DNA of 63,899 bases, filler included, from Octopus bimaculoides (lineage: Eukaryota): NCBI RefSeq assembly GCF_001194135.2. It is 5 parts of 4 records of this genome, joined end to end, with 100 filler letters (N's around TTAATTAATTAA, not from the genome) between each part and the next. Parts side by side here need not be neighbours in the genome. Positions count along the whole stretch, not along the records: positions 1 to 17,307 come from NC_068996.1; 4 more parts are not named here. One strand, written 5' to 3'. Both the position numbers and the translations under genes were made by a program. Below are positions 1-13,200 of this stretch, piece by piece; position 1 is the first letter of the stretch, and each line of letters starts with the position of its first letter. The notes beneath the pieces are model-generated. The model did no database searches and was not told the origin of the DNA. It saw only the letters and a program-made list of their open reading frames with translations.

Positions 1-482
1 TATATATATATATATATATGCCATATGTATTACTGATATTGAATTACTGTTAGATATCATCTGTATCAGCGGTATCCTTGAAAAAGTTCAATACCATTGA
101 AATAAGTGTATAACTGTTGGGTACTTTTCAACATTAATTTTATTCGTTTATTCTTTTTTTGCATCGAATTCTTTGGGGTGTTTTAGTTCAAAATGGGGAA
201 AGAAAACCTCACATGTGACATCGTCGTGTTTGTGATAGAGTAATTATTTTGAAGACAAAAACGATAAACTGGTGCGCTGTTGAAAAAGCACCATGTACAA
301 TGAAAACTCTTTCACTCTCATCATTGCAAATGTAGTGAGCCAGTGATTGATTGGTTCGAAATTTCTAAAAAAACAAGATGTTGGTAAAAAATTACATTCT
401 TTAAATGTGTATAAATACAAAGAAAGGTTTTTTTTTATTAGAAGCGTCGAAATATGCATTGTACGATACAAACAAGAAGAAT

Positions 483-640
483 TCGAACACAGAATTGCTG
501 TTAGAACAGCAGAAGCTTGAGTAAATTAACTTTACAAGACGGAAAAATTTGTCAACAAACAACCGTAGGACAAATTTTTCCGCCTTGTAACGGTAATTTA
601 CCTAGTATTTCTGCTGTTCTAACGGCAATTCTGCGTTCGA
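483..640. repeat. Fold-back palindrome / MITE-like element
   Basis: Arm 483-553 (tcgaacacagaattgctgttagaacagcagaa...ggaaaaatttgtc) is the imperfect reverse complement of arm 569-640 (gacaaatttttccg...ttctgctgttctaacggcaattctgcgttcga); ~15-nt loop. Confidence 0.8.
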
Positions 641-840
641 TAAAATATCTTCTTGCTTGTTTCGTACAATACTCATTCTATGAAATTAGAACAAAAATGT
701 AAAAATGACAATGTAAATGAAAAATGAACGAAAACAACATAATTTCATGTGACTTTCTATAAAGATTTGATGCAAAGGTAAAAAAGATATTTAGAAAATC
801 ACTTACCGAATTTTTTTTTTTTTTTCATTTTGATTGCAAG

Positions 841-945
841 TCCCGGTGACAACAGGATCAAAGAGAAAGAAGAATAAACAAAACTGAACAACTATGACGA
901 TTTGAAGTGGGAAATACGAAGGGTGTGGTCAATGAGGAGAGTAGA
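841..945 (+). mobile_element. R4/Dong-like LINE fragment (RLE endonuclease region)
   Basis: Translates PGDNRIKEKEE*TKLNNYDDLKWEIRRVWSMRRVD; close to the copy at ~6120-6215. Confidence 0.7.
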
Positions 946-1097
946 CGAGTAGACTTCGAAGTATCAGCCCTCAATAATAAACATGGATCAAAAAGATTGG
1001 TAGAAATTTTTTTCTTTTTGATACAATTTTTTTTCTCTCCCTGTTTGCATTATTGTATAGATTAAATTAGTGAATTGGAAGCGGTATTAGAGATTAG

Positions 1098-1480
1098 GTG
1101 GAGGCACAATGGCCCAGTGGTTAGGGCAGCGGACTCGCGGTCATAGGATCGCGGTTTCGATTCCCAGACCGGGCGTTGTGAGTGTTTATTGAGCGAAAAC
1201 ACCTAAAAGCTCCACGAGGCTCCGGCAGGGGATGGTGGCGAACCCTGCTGTACTCTTTTACCACAACTTTCTCTCACTCTCACTTCCTGTTTCTGTTGTG
1301 CCTGTAATTCAAAGGGTCAGCCTTGTCACACTGTCACGCTGAATATCTCCGAGAACTACGTTAAGGGTACACGTGTCTGTGGAGTGCTCAGCTACTTGCA
1401 CGTTAATTTCACGAGCAGGCTGTTCCGTTGATCGGATCAACTGGAACCCTCGACGTCGTAAGCGACGGAGTGCCAACAAC
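1098..1480 (+). mobile_element. Full-length tRNA-derived SINE (family A) with 12-bp TSD
   Basis: A-box-like tggcccagtgg, B-box-like gtttcgattcc; flanked by attagagattag at 1086-1097 and 1481-1492; homologous copy at 11881-12110. Confidence 0.9.
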
Positions 1481-1802
1481 ATTAGAGATTAGATAGACTG
1501 TCTTGTGATATTCGTTCTGATTCTTTGTTCCCTGCTTTCAAATTCTGGAGAGTTTAAGTATTTTATTCTTTCGGGATCGACGAGTTAAGTAGAAATACAA
1601 TGGATAGATTCTTCGTCTCTTTCTCACCAGATAAAATTATTTGTAATCAGATTTGGGAAAAGACAGTCTCTGCTTGGTTTGAATAGCCAAAACTCAGCGT
1701 ATGCCATGACGAACCAGTTAAAAGTTTGAAGATCCAAAGTATAACCACGACACTTACCCTCTAATAGAACCAAGGAAAAGATTGATTTTATTTTATTTTT
1801 TA

Positions 1803-1898
1803 TTTCTTCTTCTTCTTCTTCTTCTTCTTCTTCTTCTTCTTCTTCTTCTTCTTCTTCTTCTTCTTCTTCTTCTTCTTCTTCTTCTTCTTCTTCTTCTT

Positions 1899-1990
<92 letters not shown>
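1803..1990. repeat. Compound (TTC)n-(TTA)n microsatellite
   Basis: Directly visible; explains the poly-L/I/R/K ORFs at 1782-2201. Confidence 0.95.
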
Positions 1991-2123
1991 TAGCACGGGT
2001 TTTCATACGTTTAACTTTTTCTGTACTTGTTTCCAGTACGTCTAATTCTGAAATTTGTTGTATTTGGAATTCACTTAGATACTCCTTTGCCTGATTTTTT
2101 TTGCTGAGCATGATCCTTTCTTG

Positions 2124-2127
<4 letters not shown>

Positions 2128-2191
<64 letters not shown>

Positions 2192-2610
2192 GAAAACTCA
2201 CACCTTATTTTACTGGATATGATGGAATGTATCAACTGTCTACAGCCAGCAGACTAAGATGACACTTATTTACTGATCATACTTCAAGAATTCTGCGAAG
2301 AATTATTGCAGTTCCAAGCAATGCTGATTTTGCACCGATCGTTTTCAGCCATGCTGGTAGTTGAGCGTTAATACTTCCAAGTGCACAAACTACTATTGGT
2401 ATCACTTCTACTCCCTTCATTCGCTACAACCTTCATATTTCCCATTTCAAATCGTCATAGTTGTGTATTGTTTTTCTTCTTTCACATTGATCCTGCTGTC
2501 ATCAGGGCATGCTATTTCGATTATCATACATGTTCTTTTTATTATTCACCACAAACAATGTCCGGTTTCCGATGTCTGGCCGGTGATCGCACTGGATCAG
2601 TGCATCTCAC
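2128..2610 (-). mobile_element. 5'-truncated R4/Dong-like LINE 3' end with (TAA)n tail
   Basis: Minus strand encodes RLE region ending KSALLGTAIILRRILEV*, then 3' UTR matching ~6390-6470, then (ATA)n at 2128-2190. Confidence 0.85.
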
Positions 2611-2700
2611 GATCTAGTGCGATCACCCGACCAGACATCGGAAACCGGACATTGTTGTGGTGAATAAAAAAGAAAGAACATATATGATAATTGACATAGC
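2511..2700. repeat. Inverted duplication at the 5' junction of the R4-like LINE
   Basis: 2511-2598 and 2611-2700 are imperfect reverse complements (gatc.agtgcgatcacc..ccagacatcggaaaccggacattgtt.gtggtgaataa); 12-nt loop. Confidence 0.85.
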
Positions 2701-2701
2701 A

Positions 2702-2749
<48 letters not shown>

Positions 2750-3541
2750 GCAATTATTAATATATTATTTTTGGTACTCTGAAGAATAAAACAAATATCA
2801 CAAATTAAATGAAGAGAATCGAGTTTATCTGTAGTTTCCCTTATTTTTCAACAAGACATAGCTATGTCGGACAGCATACAGTTTTGACGACAAAACGAAT
2901 GAACTCAGTACATTACAGTAGGCCACATACAAGAAACACTGAAATGCTAGAAATAGCAACTTAAACTAAATCCTCCTTATTCTTGTAAAAAAAAAAAGGA
3001 TAGGTTACATAATGGAATCACAAATACGCACTGTAGATGTAAATAAATAAGGGAATAAATAAATAAATAAATAAATGAGATACAAGGAGCACGATTAGAA
3101 AATGTTGGGAACAGACATGTCTGATTATAACAAATCTGAGGAGATTCAACAACGACGACGGCCAGAAAGATGACGACGACGACGACGACGACTAAGACAA
3201 GAAAACAATTGGAACAACAATAAGACAAAATGTGTGTGTGTGTGTGTGTCTGCGTATATATCTGTGCGTGTACATGTGTGTGTGTGTGCATGTGCATGTC
3301 TGTGTGTGTATTTGTATATTCAGGTGATTACATGAGAGTTAAGTTTGTTTATTGCGTTGCTCTTAATTGTTTTCAGTTATCAGTTTCTTGCACCATTTCT
3401 CTGTCTTTCTGATTCTGTCTAACTCCTCTCCCTCCCACTCCTCCTCCGTGTGACACACACACATATATATGTACACATTAATCTATATATATATTTGTAT
3501 GTATATATATATATATACACACACACATATACATATATATA

Positions 3542-3591
<50 letters not shown>

Positions 3592-4545
3592 CGTGCGCAC
3601 ACACATGCATATATTTATGTTTATATTGATATAGACACACAGATATCTTCATATAGATGTGTGCTTGTGGGGGTATCCGTGTGTGTGCGCACACGCGATT
3701 GCACATGCAAACGTACGCCCATACATATATTTGATATTTTCCGATCCTATCAGTTAATAGAGAAACTCACACACACGTACACACGCGCGCGCGCGCATTT
3801 AGCCAATAATATATAAATGTACATATACACGCATACACACACGCAAAGCAAACAAATATGGGTGCTAGCCTTGTGTCATGACATGCGTGGACCTTTTCTA
3901 GCGCACGTGTTGTAGTGTGTTTGTAACGACTATCAAACCGATTTTATATTTGCACGTATGTACTTCCGTACAATATCTTCCTATCGGGTTCGGAAATGTG
4001 CACACATGTGCTGGTTTCGGAGATTTTTATGGAATAATGTCGGTAGGTTGGGTTGATTTGGTACAGGCGTTGGTTGGTGTTGTAGCAGTTACGATTTATA
4101 TGCCATTTTCACGGGGAGTAAATGTGAAGTGTGGAGTGGGAAAAATAGATAAGTACTCTGCATGCAGAAAATGACCATGACGATGATTGACGACTTTTCT
4201 CTTGTTTGCTTTTGAACGGCCATGGCATTAGTGACGCCCCCTCCTCCCGCTCCCAGTTAAGAAAGGATCAGTGGATCCGTTTTGCTAAAGTTTGTCCCAG
4301 ACTTAGTTGCAGCTGACATTAATAGTGTGCAAGACAAGGTCGATGAAATTCCTGATCACTGGTATGCATAAACACCAGGTGGTTCCAGTTTTAGTTTGAC
4401 CTATCATCTTTGCGTCTTGTCAAACCTTTGACCCTCTGTTCATATGTTATTCTCCAGGTCAGTTTGGAAAATGAAATTCTTGCGATCACATAAAGTTGAG
4501 GGTCAACAGCAACAACAATAATTACAATAATGATGATGCTGATAC

Positions 4546-4600
<55 letters not shown>

Positions 4601-4711
4601 GATGATGATGATGAGGATGATGAGGATGATGATGATGATGATGATGGTAGTGATGATGATGATGATGATAATAATAATAATAATGATAATAATAATAATA
4701 ATAATAATAAG

Positions 4712-4800
4712 TAGACATAAGAGCACCACAGCAAACCACAGCACATACCCAAGGCGCACAGAGCTGCGCTCGGTAGTGAAGTGAAAGCACGTTATAAAAA
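4712..4800 (+). mobile_element. ~90-bp R4-like LINE 3' UTR fragment inside (AAT)n
   Basis: Matches reverse complement of ~19645-19735 (cataagagcaccacagcaaaccacagcacatacccaaggc.cac...gctgcgctcggtagtgaagtgaaagcacgttataaaaa); (AAT)n on both sides. Confidence 0.85.
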
Positions 4801-4814
4801 AAAAACTACTAAAC

Positions 4815-4945
<131 letters not shown>

Positions 4946-4956
4946 TGATGATGATG

Positions 4957-5036
<80 letters not shown>

Positions 5037-5094
5037 TATAATAATAATAATGATGATGATGATAATAATAATAATAATAATAATAATAGTAATG

Positions 5095-5310
5095 ACCCTT
5101 TCTACTAAAGGCACAAGGCCTGAGATTAGGGTGGGAGACTAGTCGATTGCATCGACTTCTGTGTTTCACTGGCACTTAATTTATCGACCCACCCCCAAAA
5201 GGATGAAAGGCAAACTCGAGCTCGGCGGAATTTGAACTGAGAACTAACGACGAGCGAATTACAGATAAGCATTTAGTCCAGCGTGCTAACGATTCTGCCA
5301 GTTCGCCTCT
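5095..5310 (-). mobile_element. SINE family B copy
   Basis: Reverse complement of the element at 18445-18660 (atcgacc...ggatgaaaggcaaa...ctcggcggaatttgaact...gtgctaacgattctgccag). Confidence 0.8.
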
Positions 5311-5316
5311 TTAATA

Positions 5317-5375
<59 letters not shown>

Positions 5376-5387
5376 AATAATAATATT

Positions 5388-5426
<39 letters not shown>

Positions 5427-5439
5427 CATAATACTGTAC

Positions 5440-6470
5440 TTTCTAGAAGAAAGAGTGGGAAAGGTTCGTTCAGTTGCCAGGATTGTATCGAAGTAGAGGA
5501 AAACAGCTTAAGCTGCTATGTAAAAGATACCGTAGAAACATTGTTGAAACCTATGAAAAAGTCCAGCGTCATCAAAATTGATAATTATGTAAAGAATGAG
5601 AAATTTAAAGAGGAAAAGAACAGAAAAAACAGAAACAGGATAGGGGAAAGAAATCTATGGTCAGTTTGCAAGAGATACGAACATCAAGCCAGATGTAGAA
5701 GACCGATGGCTATGGATGAGGAGGAGTGACCTGAAGATAGAGCTAGAAACACTCATATGCGCAGCTCAAGACCAAGCGTTAAGGACTAACTATGTGAAGT
5801 GTAGAAGCGATAACATTACTGACAGTGACAAATACAGAATGTGTGGTGAGAAGGGTGAAATGGTATGGGACATCGTTATCGAATGCCGGAAATTGGCACA
5901 ACGCGAATACAAAAATGATATGTCAATGTGGAAATCACGGCCTACAAAGAGCAAAGACGTGGTATGAGAAACCCAGAACGGGTCACAGAGAATGAGAATT
6001 TCAAATTTCTGTGGGATGCAGTGATTCAGTGCGATCATCTAACCAGGCATCGGAAACCGGACGTTGTTGTGGTGATTAAAAAAGAAAGCGAATGCATGAT
6101 AATTGACATGGCATACCCCATTGACAACAGGACCAAATAAAAGGAAAAGCTGAACCACTATGACGATTTGAAGTGGGAAATACGAAGGTTGTGGTGTATG
6201 AAGAGAGTAGACGTGATACCAATGGTAAATGCCGCGCATGTAAGTATCAGCATGCAATAACCAGCATGGCTGAAAAGATTGGCACAAATGTGAAGGTAGA
6301 ACACCTACAAAAAAAAACAAAAAAAAAATCAGCATTACTTGGAACTGCAAGAATTCTTCGCAGTGTTCTTCAGACATGGCTAGTAAAGAAGTGTCACCTT
6401 AGTCTGCTGGGTGTGGACAGCTGACACTTTCCATCAAACTCAGCAAAATAAGTCGAGAGGTTTTATCAAA
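5440..6470 (+). mobile_element. R4/Dong-like LINE 3' portion (zinc knuckle + RLE endonuclease), decayed
   Basis: ETLICAAQDQALRTNYVK, RMCGEKGEMVWDIVIECRKLAQREYK (degenerate CCHC), FLWDAVIQCDHLTRHRKPDVVVV..MIIDMAYP (PD..D motif), SALLGTARILRSVL; stops/frameshifts; starts and ends at triplet repeats. Confidence 0.9.
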
Positions 6471-7149
6471 TAATAATGGTAACGATAACGATGACGATGA
6501 TGATGACAACGATGACAACAACGACGACAACGACAGCGAAAGAAATAAATAATTCATGAATAGACTTCTCAATAGCAGAGCAGTCGATTTAGGGTAATTC
6601 AGGTAAACCCTACACAAAAATCCCGTATTGCTCTGCCATCCCCAAAGCATGGGAAATGCCATCTTCTGGTTATTTTCCTGTTACTTAGAAAACCAAGTAC
6701 AGAATAGACCCATTCAGTCTCACCAGTCTTGCCACTCACGTCCACGTTTTGATAAACACACTAGAAGATAGCATCTACCCTTCTCCCCTCACTTTCCGCT
6801 TCAAATGATATTTGAAGAAATTGATGACAGCTTGGCCAGTTAGGAAAGTGCCTGTCTTCAAACATTTCAAACGGATCCTCCCTTGCACAGCCACTAAACA
6901 GAAAAAAGATCTGCTTCCCTTCTCTGCTAGAGGAAGGTGGTGCATTGATCTTTACTATACACTAGGCAGACAGCGTGGTTTATCTTACGGAAAACAACAG
7001 CTACTCAACACAAGCCATAAGTCTCTAATGCAAGGACACTGAAAGATTGAATGCAGGACGGTTTCGTCTCCCAGCATGAATCACGGGGTGTTTCGGCTGT
7101 AGGCACTTCCATGCTTGAAAGCTTCTCTTGAACAGGTAATGCTCCCCCC

Positions 7150-8340
7150 ACAACTTTAGCAATACCGGAGAATTGAACACGATATTAAAACTTTGCTTCA
7201 AGGTTTGAGTCGCATAGAAGAATGGTCCGAAGGACAATCGAAAACTGCCAAGAAAGGTGCAAGGGCATATTTTGACGGAAAATACCAAATAGAAAAGAAA
7301 GGGTCCAAAACTGTTATCGAAACTCTAAAACAAGCGAGCAAAAGCATTAAAGGTGCAACGCTACACTGCTCGCATATCGCAGTTCCAGCAAAGCAGGTTG
7401 CCCTCAAATAAGCAGGGGCAGTTTTTTTAAGAATTTAGGAGGAGATACAAAAGATAATATATCTCAAGAAGCAGAGGAAACACGTCAATTTTGGAATAAC
7501 ACCTGGAGGCAAAACGTTTCCCAGAACCACGGTGTTGAGAGGATTCATTCCGTAAGATACAAACTCTATCACCCGGTAGCTCCACGATAGTACCATGTGC
7601 AGATAACAACGTAAGATGTAATTGCACAGGTATCAAAACTACCAAACTTGAAAGCAGCAGGACCACACGGAATTCAAGGCTACTTGAATTGCGTTGCAAT
7701 TAGATGATTACCTATGGAGTGGTGTAGTTCCGTAGTGGATTGTAGAGGGAAAGGCAGCATTGTTGATGAAAGACCAGACAAAAGGCAATCAAGTTGGCAA
7801 TTATCGACTCACTCTTTGTCTCAGCTTCTTATGTAAAGTGTTAACAGGCATCCTCGCAGGAAAATATATACATTCCTTGCGGAAAACAATCTACATCCAA
7901 TACAAAAAAGGGAAGCCGAAACGGATCCCAGGGCTTTAGGACATGTTGCTGCACCCGTGGATTTTGGAAACACTCGACATGTGTGGAATAGCTGAGAACG
8001 TGTGTGCACTGGTTATGACCAGAATGCCTAGTTGGAAAACACATATTTCCTGTAACAATCAGCACTTAGTTGAGGTAACAATCAAAAGAGGTATCTTTCA
8101 GGGAGACACTTGTTCACCTTTATTTGTTATAGCCATGATGTCAGTTTCTGCGCACTATGAGCTGAGAAAGAACGGGCCTAGTCTCAACCACCTTCTCTTC
8201 ATGGATGATTTAAAACTCTTCGCAAAAACAGAGCCTGAAATGGAGAGGTTGGTTAAGACTGTGCAGATGTCCAACAAGGATATAGGGATGGAATTCGATA
8301 TCTTGAAGTGTGCAGTGCTTACTATGAAACGGAGTGGGTG
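7150..8340 (+). mobile_element. R4/Dong-like LINE reverse transcriptase region, decayed
   Basis: LSRIEEW..KYQIEKKGSKTVIETLKQ, EETRQFWNNTW, KAAGPHGIQGY, IKRGIFQGDTCSPLFVIAM, LNHLLFMDDLKLFAK (RT QGD..SP and xDD motifs). Confidence 0.9.
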
Positions 8341-8759
8341 GAGCAGATTGTAAGAAACATCCCTACCACAAACATCACCAGCACCACAAATACTAACAAA
8401 ATCGGAACAAGCACTCACATCAACAATCAGAATAGCATCCGCAAGCCGAGCAAAAGAAAGCTAAACATCAACTATACATTCTTAGATACATACGATAAGA
8501 AATTAACAGAATATATTTACATCAGTATACAAACATTTCGCACAACGACTACATAAAACTAATACATAACGTGTCTATTCAAAACTAGGTCAAGAAAGAG
8601 AAGCACACTGAATAAGAAATATCGCAAGAAAAAAGGGATATTTCTGAAGAACTTTAAATAAAAGTTTCCCATAAAGAAATACTCAGGGAAACATCTACAT
8701 ATAATCGAAGCGGTGGAGCCTATATCTTTCCACAGAAATGAGGTTTCTCTCGCTGTGCT

Positions 8760-9350
8760 CATTCTTGTTGTACATAGTAATACTCAGTGAAGGCAGTTTG
8801 AAAGCACATAGATTAGAGTCACCTTGGAAGCAGGATCACCTGTACAGCGACATCAGGTCACTGGGTACAGATATGGTGGCCAGAATTTCCAGGACGCGAG
8901 AAATGGTATCCACCTTAGGCGGCTACGAGTTGCTGGCCTCTGGAAGTTTGGGAAAATGGGTGTTGCTTCTGGAAGGGATGGATCTAGATATGCGTACTTT
9001 CTTCCTGGAGTAGTATAGTAAGTCAGTGGTATTGGATGTGATCAGCTGCGTAGGTCGTACTTTAGGACAAGTAGCCGTCTGAACTTTTCAAGAAGCGTCC
9101 CGTACTTTTGTGTTAGTGAGTGATTGTAACGGCATCTTGGATGCTCATAGAGACTGTATGGTCCACTTGACAGGAGAGAGGGATGCAAAAGCTTCGCAAA
9201 CCTGTTTAAACTTTTCCCCACCAGTCTGACAAGTTTAAGTAGATTTCCCAGCTGCGACAATGTGAACATGAACAAACTGCATTGTGTCATACAGATCGAA
9301 TTTATATAGAGTATTCTATGGGTCAGTAGATAAGGATAGCATACGTAGTC
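8760..9350 (-). mobile_element. Possible highly decayed Ty3/gypsy pol (RT-RNase H) remnant
   Basis: Only loose resemblance across frames: MPLQSLT..DAS (cf. PLxLxTDAS) and QLITSNTTDLLYYSRK (cf. QLxFISQFTTDIxH). Confidence 0.3.
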
Positions 9351-10405
9351 CACATTTTAAAATCGTCGGCTAATAGAGCACAAATCTCTTGTTAAGCTTA
9401 CAGAGTCATGATTAGCGATTTAGTTAAGCGTACAATGACGAAAGCCACCGTCACAAACTAATGATGGATTGCCCTGAAAAGAGTGATTAGAACAGAGTCG
9501 ATAAGTTTTAATAAGAATGTAATGGTAGCGAAAAAGTCCAAAGGAACACGAGTCAGTGACAGAAGCGAAAATTATGTTTTCAGAGATATATGTTTTAAAA
9601 AATAAAAATGGTAAGTCTAAACTATTTTAGATCAGCTATAATTAGATACATGATGCCTGAATAAAAGACAGAATGGCATTTTGCATAGGTATTATATATT
9701 TACCCCTATCATTTAAAATTCTATCGCTTGTCATGTGTCACTGTTAACTCCTGAAAATCCACTCTTGCAGGAGCTTAATCCACGTTAGGACCTGACCCAC
9801 CAAATATAATCTAAGTCATTTAATCTCCTACCACTTGACGCGTAGTATGTTCGGAGAAGTGGGCTCAATTATCTTTTCTGCACTTCTTTTTTTTATATTT
9901 AAGATAGTGGAATGTTATTTGAAAGATAACTGGCTGCTGCTTCGAGCAACTCGAGGGGTCATTAATGGCGGAATTTATTATGCTGTTGCCGCTGTTAATG
10001 TTTTCACTGACAGCATGTGTTCTTGATCGATCCAAATATTTCTCATGTTTTCTAGACATTGTTAGTTCAACGAGATATATTATCCAGTTTCCATGGCTAC
10101 TAAGTCACAGTTTGGTAATCTTAATCCAGTGATGGCTGTGTTGAGAATCGAAATTCGAACGAGATGGCATTAGAAAGAGGAATATAAAAGAGGCAAGGGA
10201 TGCGCATAAGATTGAGAGAGATGGAGGTAGGGGTGGTGGTGGTGGTGGGGTGAGAAACATTTATGTGTATAAAGGGAAGAGAGTTATAAGTTTAGGTAGG
10301 GCCCAGTTGTAAGACAGGTTATAAATGAAACGCACGCCACACACTACGCTATAAACACACACACACACACATACATATACACACACACACATAAATACAC
10401 ACTCA

Positions 10406-10513
<108 letters not shown>

Positions 10514-11047
10514 CAAGGGCATGTGTCTAAATGAGAGGGACAAGGAGAAAAAGGTGCGGAGTAAATATAAATTAAGGAAAATTTGCAAAGACCTCGATTA
10601 AGGAATCAGTTAAAAAACCTAATTAAGGATGATCGGCGGCACGGAATGCGGAGAGAGATAGAGGGCGGGGGACGGAAAGGCAGAGAATGAATGAGAGATC
10701 CTAGAATGAATGAGAGAATCAAAGAATGAAAGTAGAAAAAATTAGTAATAATTAAGATTGTCAATGTTGAATGATTTCTAAAGAATGCAGTCTATCATTC
10801 TTGCTTTTACTTGTTTCGTGTCAATTTATTCTCTTCAAAAGAAAAAAGAAGAAAAAAATGAAAATGAAAATAAAAAAAAGACCTGTAAAACCGAAAATCA
10901 TTCTACCATCTCAGAGAGAAAGTACCATATTTTAATTGATAGTAATAACTATATTTCATAAATGGTTTCAATAGAGTTTTGTATAAGAAAACAGAAAATG
11001 ATGAATAGTAAACAAGAGTATATAAAAAGACACTAATGATACCTTAC

Positions 11048-11122
11048 AGAGATTCCATTCGCTTCTGTAGCTTCTGTGAGTTTTGTAAATACAAATTTTG
11101 CATAGAATTTATCTTTGAGAAA
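11048..11122 (-). CDS. Candidate small exon, possibly nuclear-receptor helix 10 (FLKDKFYAKFVFTKLTEATEANGIS)
   Basis: ctacAG acceptor, GTAAGG donor, 75 nt open in phase 0; loosely resembles the FAKLLxKLTELR motif; the required linking helix-9 exon was not found. Confidence 0.2.
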
Positions 11123-11880
11123 CTGTAGATGTATGTCATTAATACCACAAATTTAGAAACGAAAAGATGGAAAATAACACAACCAGAAAACCAGCAACAA
11201 CAACAATGAAAGCATTAAGGTCGGGCTGTCCGATAATGGCAGTATTTTCACATGGTGTGTGTCTGGTTGAAAGACGCATATCCAACGAACGGCGCAATTG
11301 GAATTACCACTATGGGAATACGGAAATACTGGAATAAATGACGGCCTTCGAAGAAAAATGAAAGAAAAATGTTACATGGAAAGGAGAAATAGCAGATGCA
11401 TGTGTAAATATTCGTACATATATATCATATATCTATGTATCTATGTGTGTGTGTGCGTATATATATGTATATATATATATATATAGACACGCGTATATAT
11501 GTATATAAACGTTTGTGGAGATGAATATGCGTATATATTCTTAACAAATAAACACATACACACACATATATATATACGCAAAGAACAATACAATGCACCT
11601 AGAAGATTCTTGTTGATATTTGTACCAATAGAAATACAAAACTATATTACTCAACAATAAAGTAAGTACATTATAGTATATCATCCTTCTATTATGGACA
11701 TCGAAGTATTTTATACATAAATCAAATGAACCTGAATTTTTATTACATTGCAACACACTGCAATATTTTGTAGTTTACAATACAATAAAACAGATATTCA
11801 AAAACTTCTGTAGAAGAAGAACACCATGTCATTATATCACATCACATAATATATAATACTAGATAAAACTATACTAGTGG

Positions 11881-12110
11881 CTGAGCACTCCACAGACACG
11901 TGTACCCTTAACGTAGTTTTCGGGGATATTCAGTGAGAGAAAGTTGTGGTGAAAGAGTACAGCAAGGTTCGCCACCATCCCCTGCCGGAGCCTCATGGAG
12001 TTTTTAGGTGCTTTCGCTCAATAAACACTCATAACGCCCGGTCTGGGAATCGAAACCGCGATCCTGTGACTGCGAGTCCGCTGCCCTAACCACTGGGCCA
12101 TTGCACCTCC
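11881..12110 (-). mobile_element. SINE family A copy, internally deleted and 3'-truncated
   Basis: Reverse complement of 1100-1392 with the central part missing. Confidence 0.85.
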
Positions 12111-12399
12111 ACTAGTATTATATATTACTAGGTGAAAAATATATAATACTAGATAAAATATAATACTGGATATGACACTATATAAAAAAAAAAATTCAAA
12201 GATGTCGTTCGTATAGAATATCAATAGTGAAGTCAGTGTATTTTCGTATTTTCGTTTATTACAAGGGAAAATTATATGTTTAACTTGAAATACGCATGCT
12301 GTGGCAAAAAAGATTTTTTTGCTAGAGCTGTAGTTGTCACTATTCTTATTGTTGCTTTCATTCAGTCAAAGATAGCCAAAATGGAGTAGATCTATATTA

Positions 12400-13200
12400 A
12401 AAGCATTCCCATTATGGTTGTCACTTTCGTTTCAGGAATAATGTGCACCAGAATACATTATTTAATATGACCTCTTGTTAAAAAGATGTTTAAAAAACTT
12501 TTTGGAGGAAATTTTTGATGCTAAATTTCATTATATGACATCTAAATTTCTCTATCACGTATAAATTTTGTGTAAACGAAAACCCCTATTTTTCATTTTT
12601 TTCTCACCCGCTTCTATTACGAAAGCCGACTAAGCTACTTTTCCGTGCCACGTTTTGTGTTAAGCATACTTAAATAATCAGTGAACAGGGATGTTTTACT
12701 TCCTTTTTCTGGTTTAACATAGACGCCGGAATAACCACCCCTGCGCCCAACCAAAATACTGCCAAAACGTGTTAGTATTTTGTTGTTACTACCGAAAGAC
12801 AACTTCCTTTTCTTAAGTGAGACTTTGGTGTTTCATCTTCCTTTATCGCTTGTAGAATGACGAGCTCTCCTTCTGCAGGAACCGACAATACAAAAATTAC
12901 CTCCCATCATATTTGGCTTGGAATTACCTTGGTATCTGTTTTCTATAACTGAGAATTGTTGGTGGAAGTGCTCACCATGCTCGTTGCTCACAGCCTTAAG
13001 GTTGGCTGGGAAGAAGTCAAGATGAGATTTAAAAGGATAGCCTATATGGAGTAGAGCTGTAGGAAAAGCATTCCCATCGTGGCTGTCACGTCCTTTCGTT
13101 CCAGGAATAATGTGCACCAGAATACATAATTTAATATGGCCTCTTTTTAAAAAGATTAGAACTGCTTTGGAGGAAATTCAGTTGGTATTTCTAACTTTTC
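12400..13200 (-). mobile_element. DNA-transposon remnant with HLDFFPxNLxAVSxEHGExFHQ motif; partly duplicated
   Basis: ORF 12833-13117 contains SHLDFFPANLKAVSNEHGEHFHQQFSVIENRYQG, a motif I recognise from widespread invertebrate transposase-derived proteins (superfamily not assigned); ~12400-12490 duplicates ~13065-13160. Confidence 0.6.

Noticed and set aside
4215-4265. ggccatggc...cctcctcccgc resembling an HDV-like ribozyme
   Set aside because: P3 and P1 partner strands could not be paired; resemblance only.
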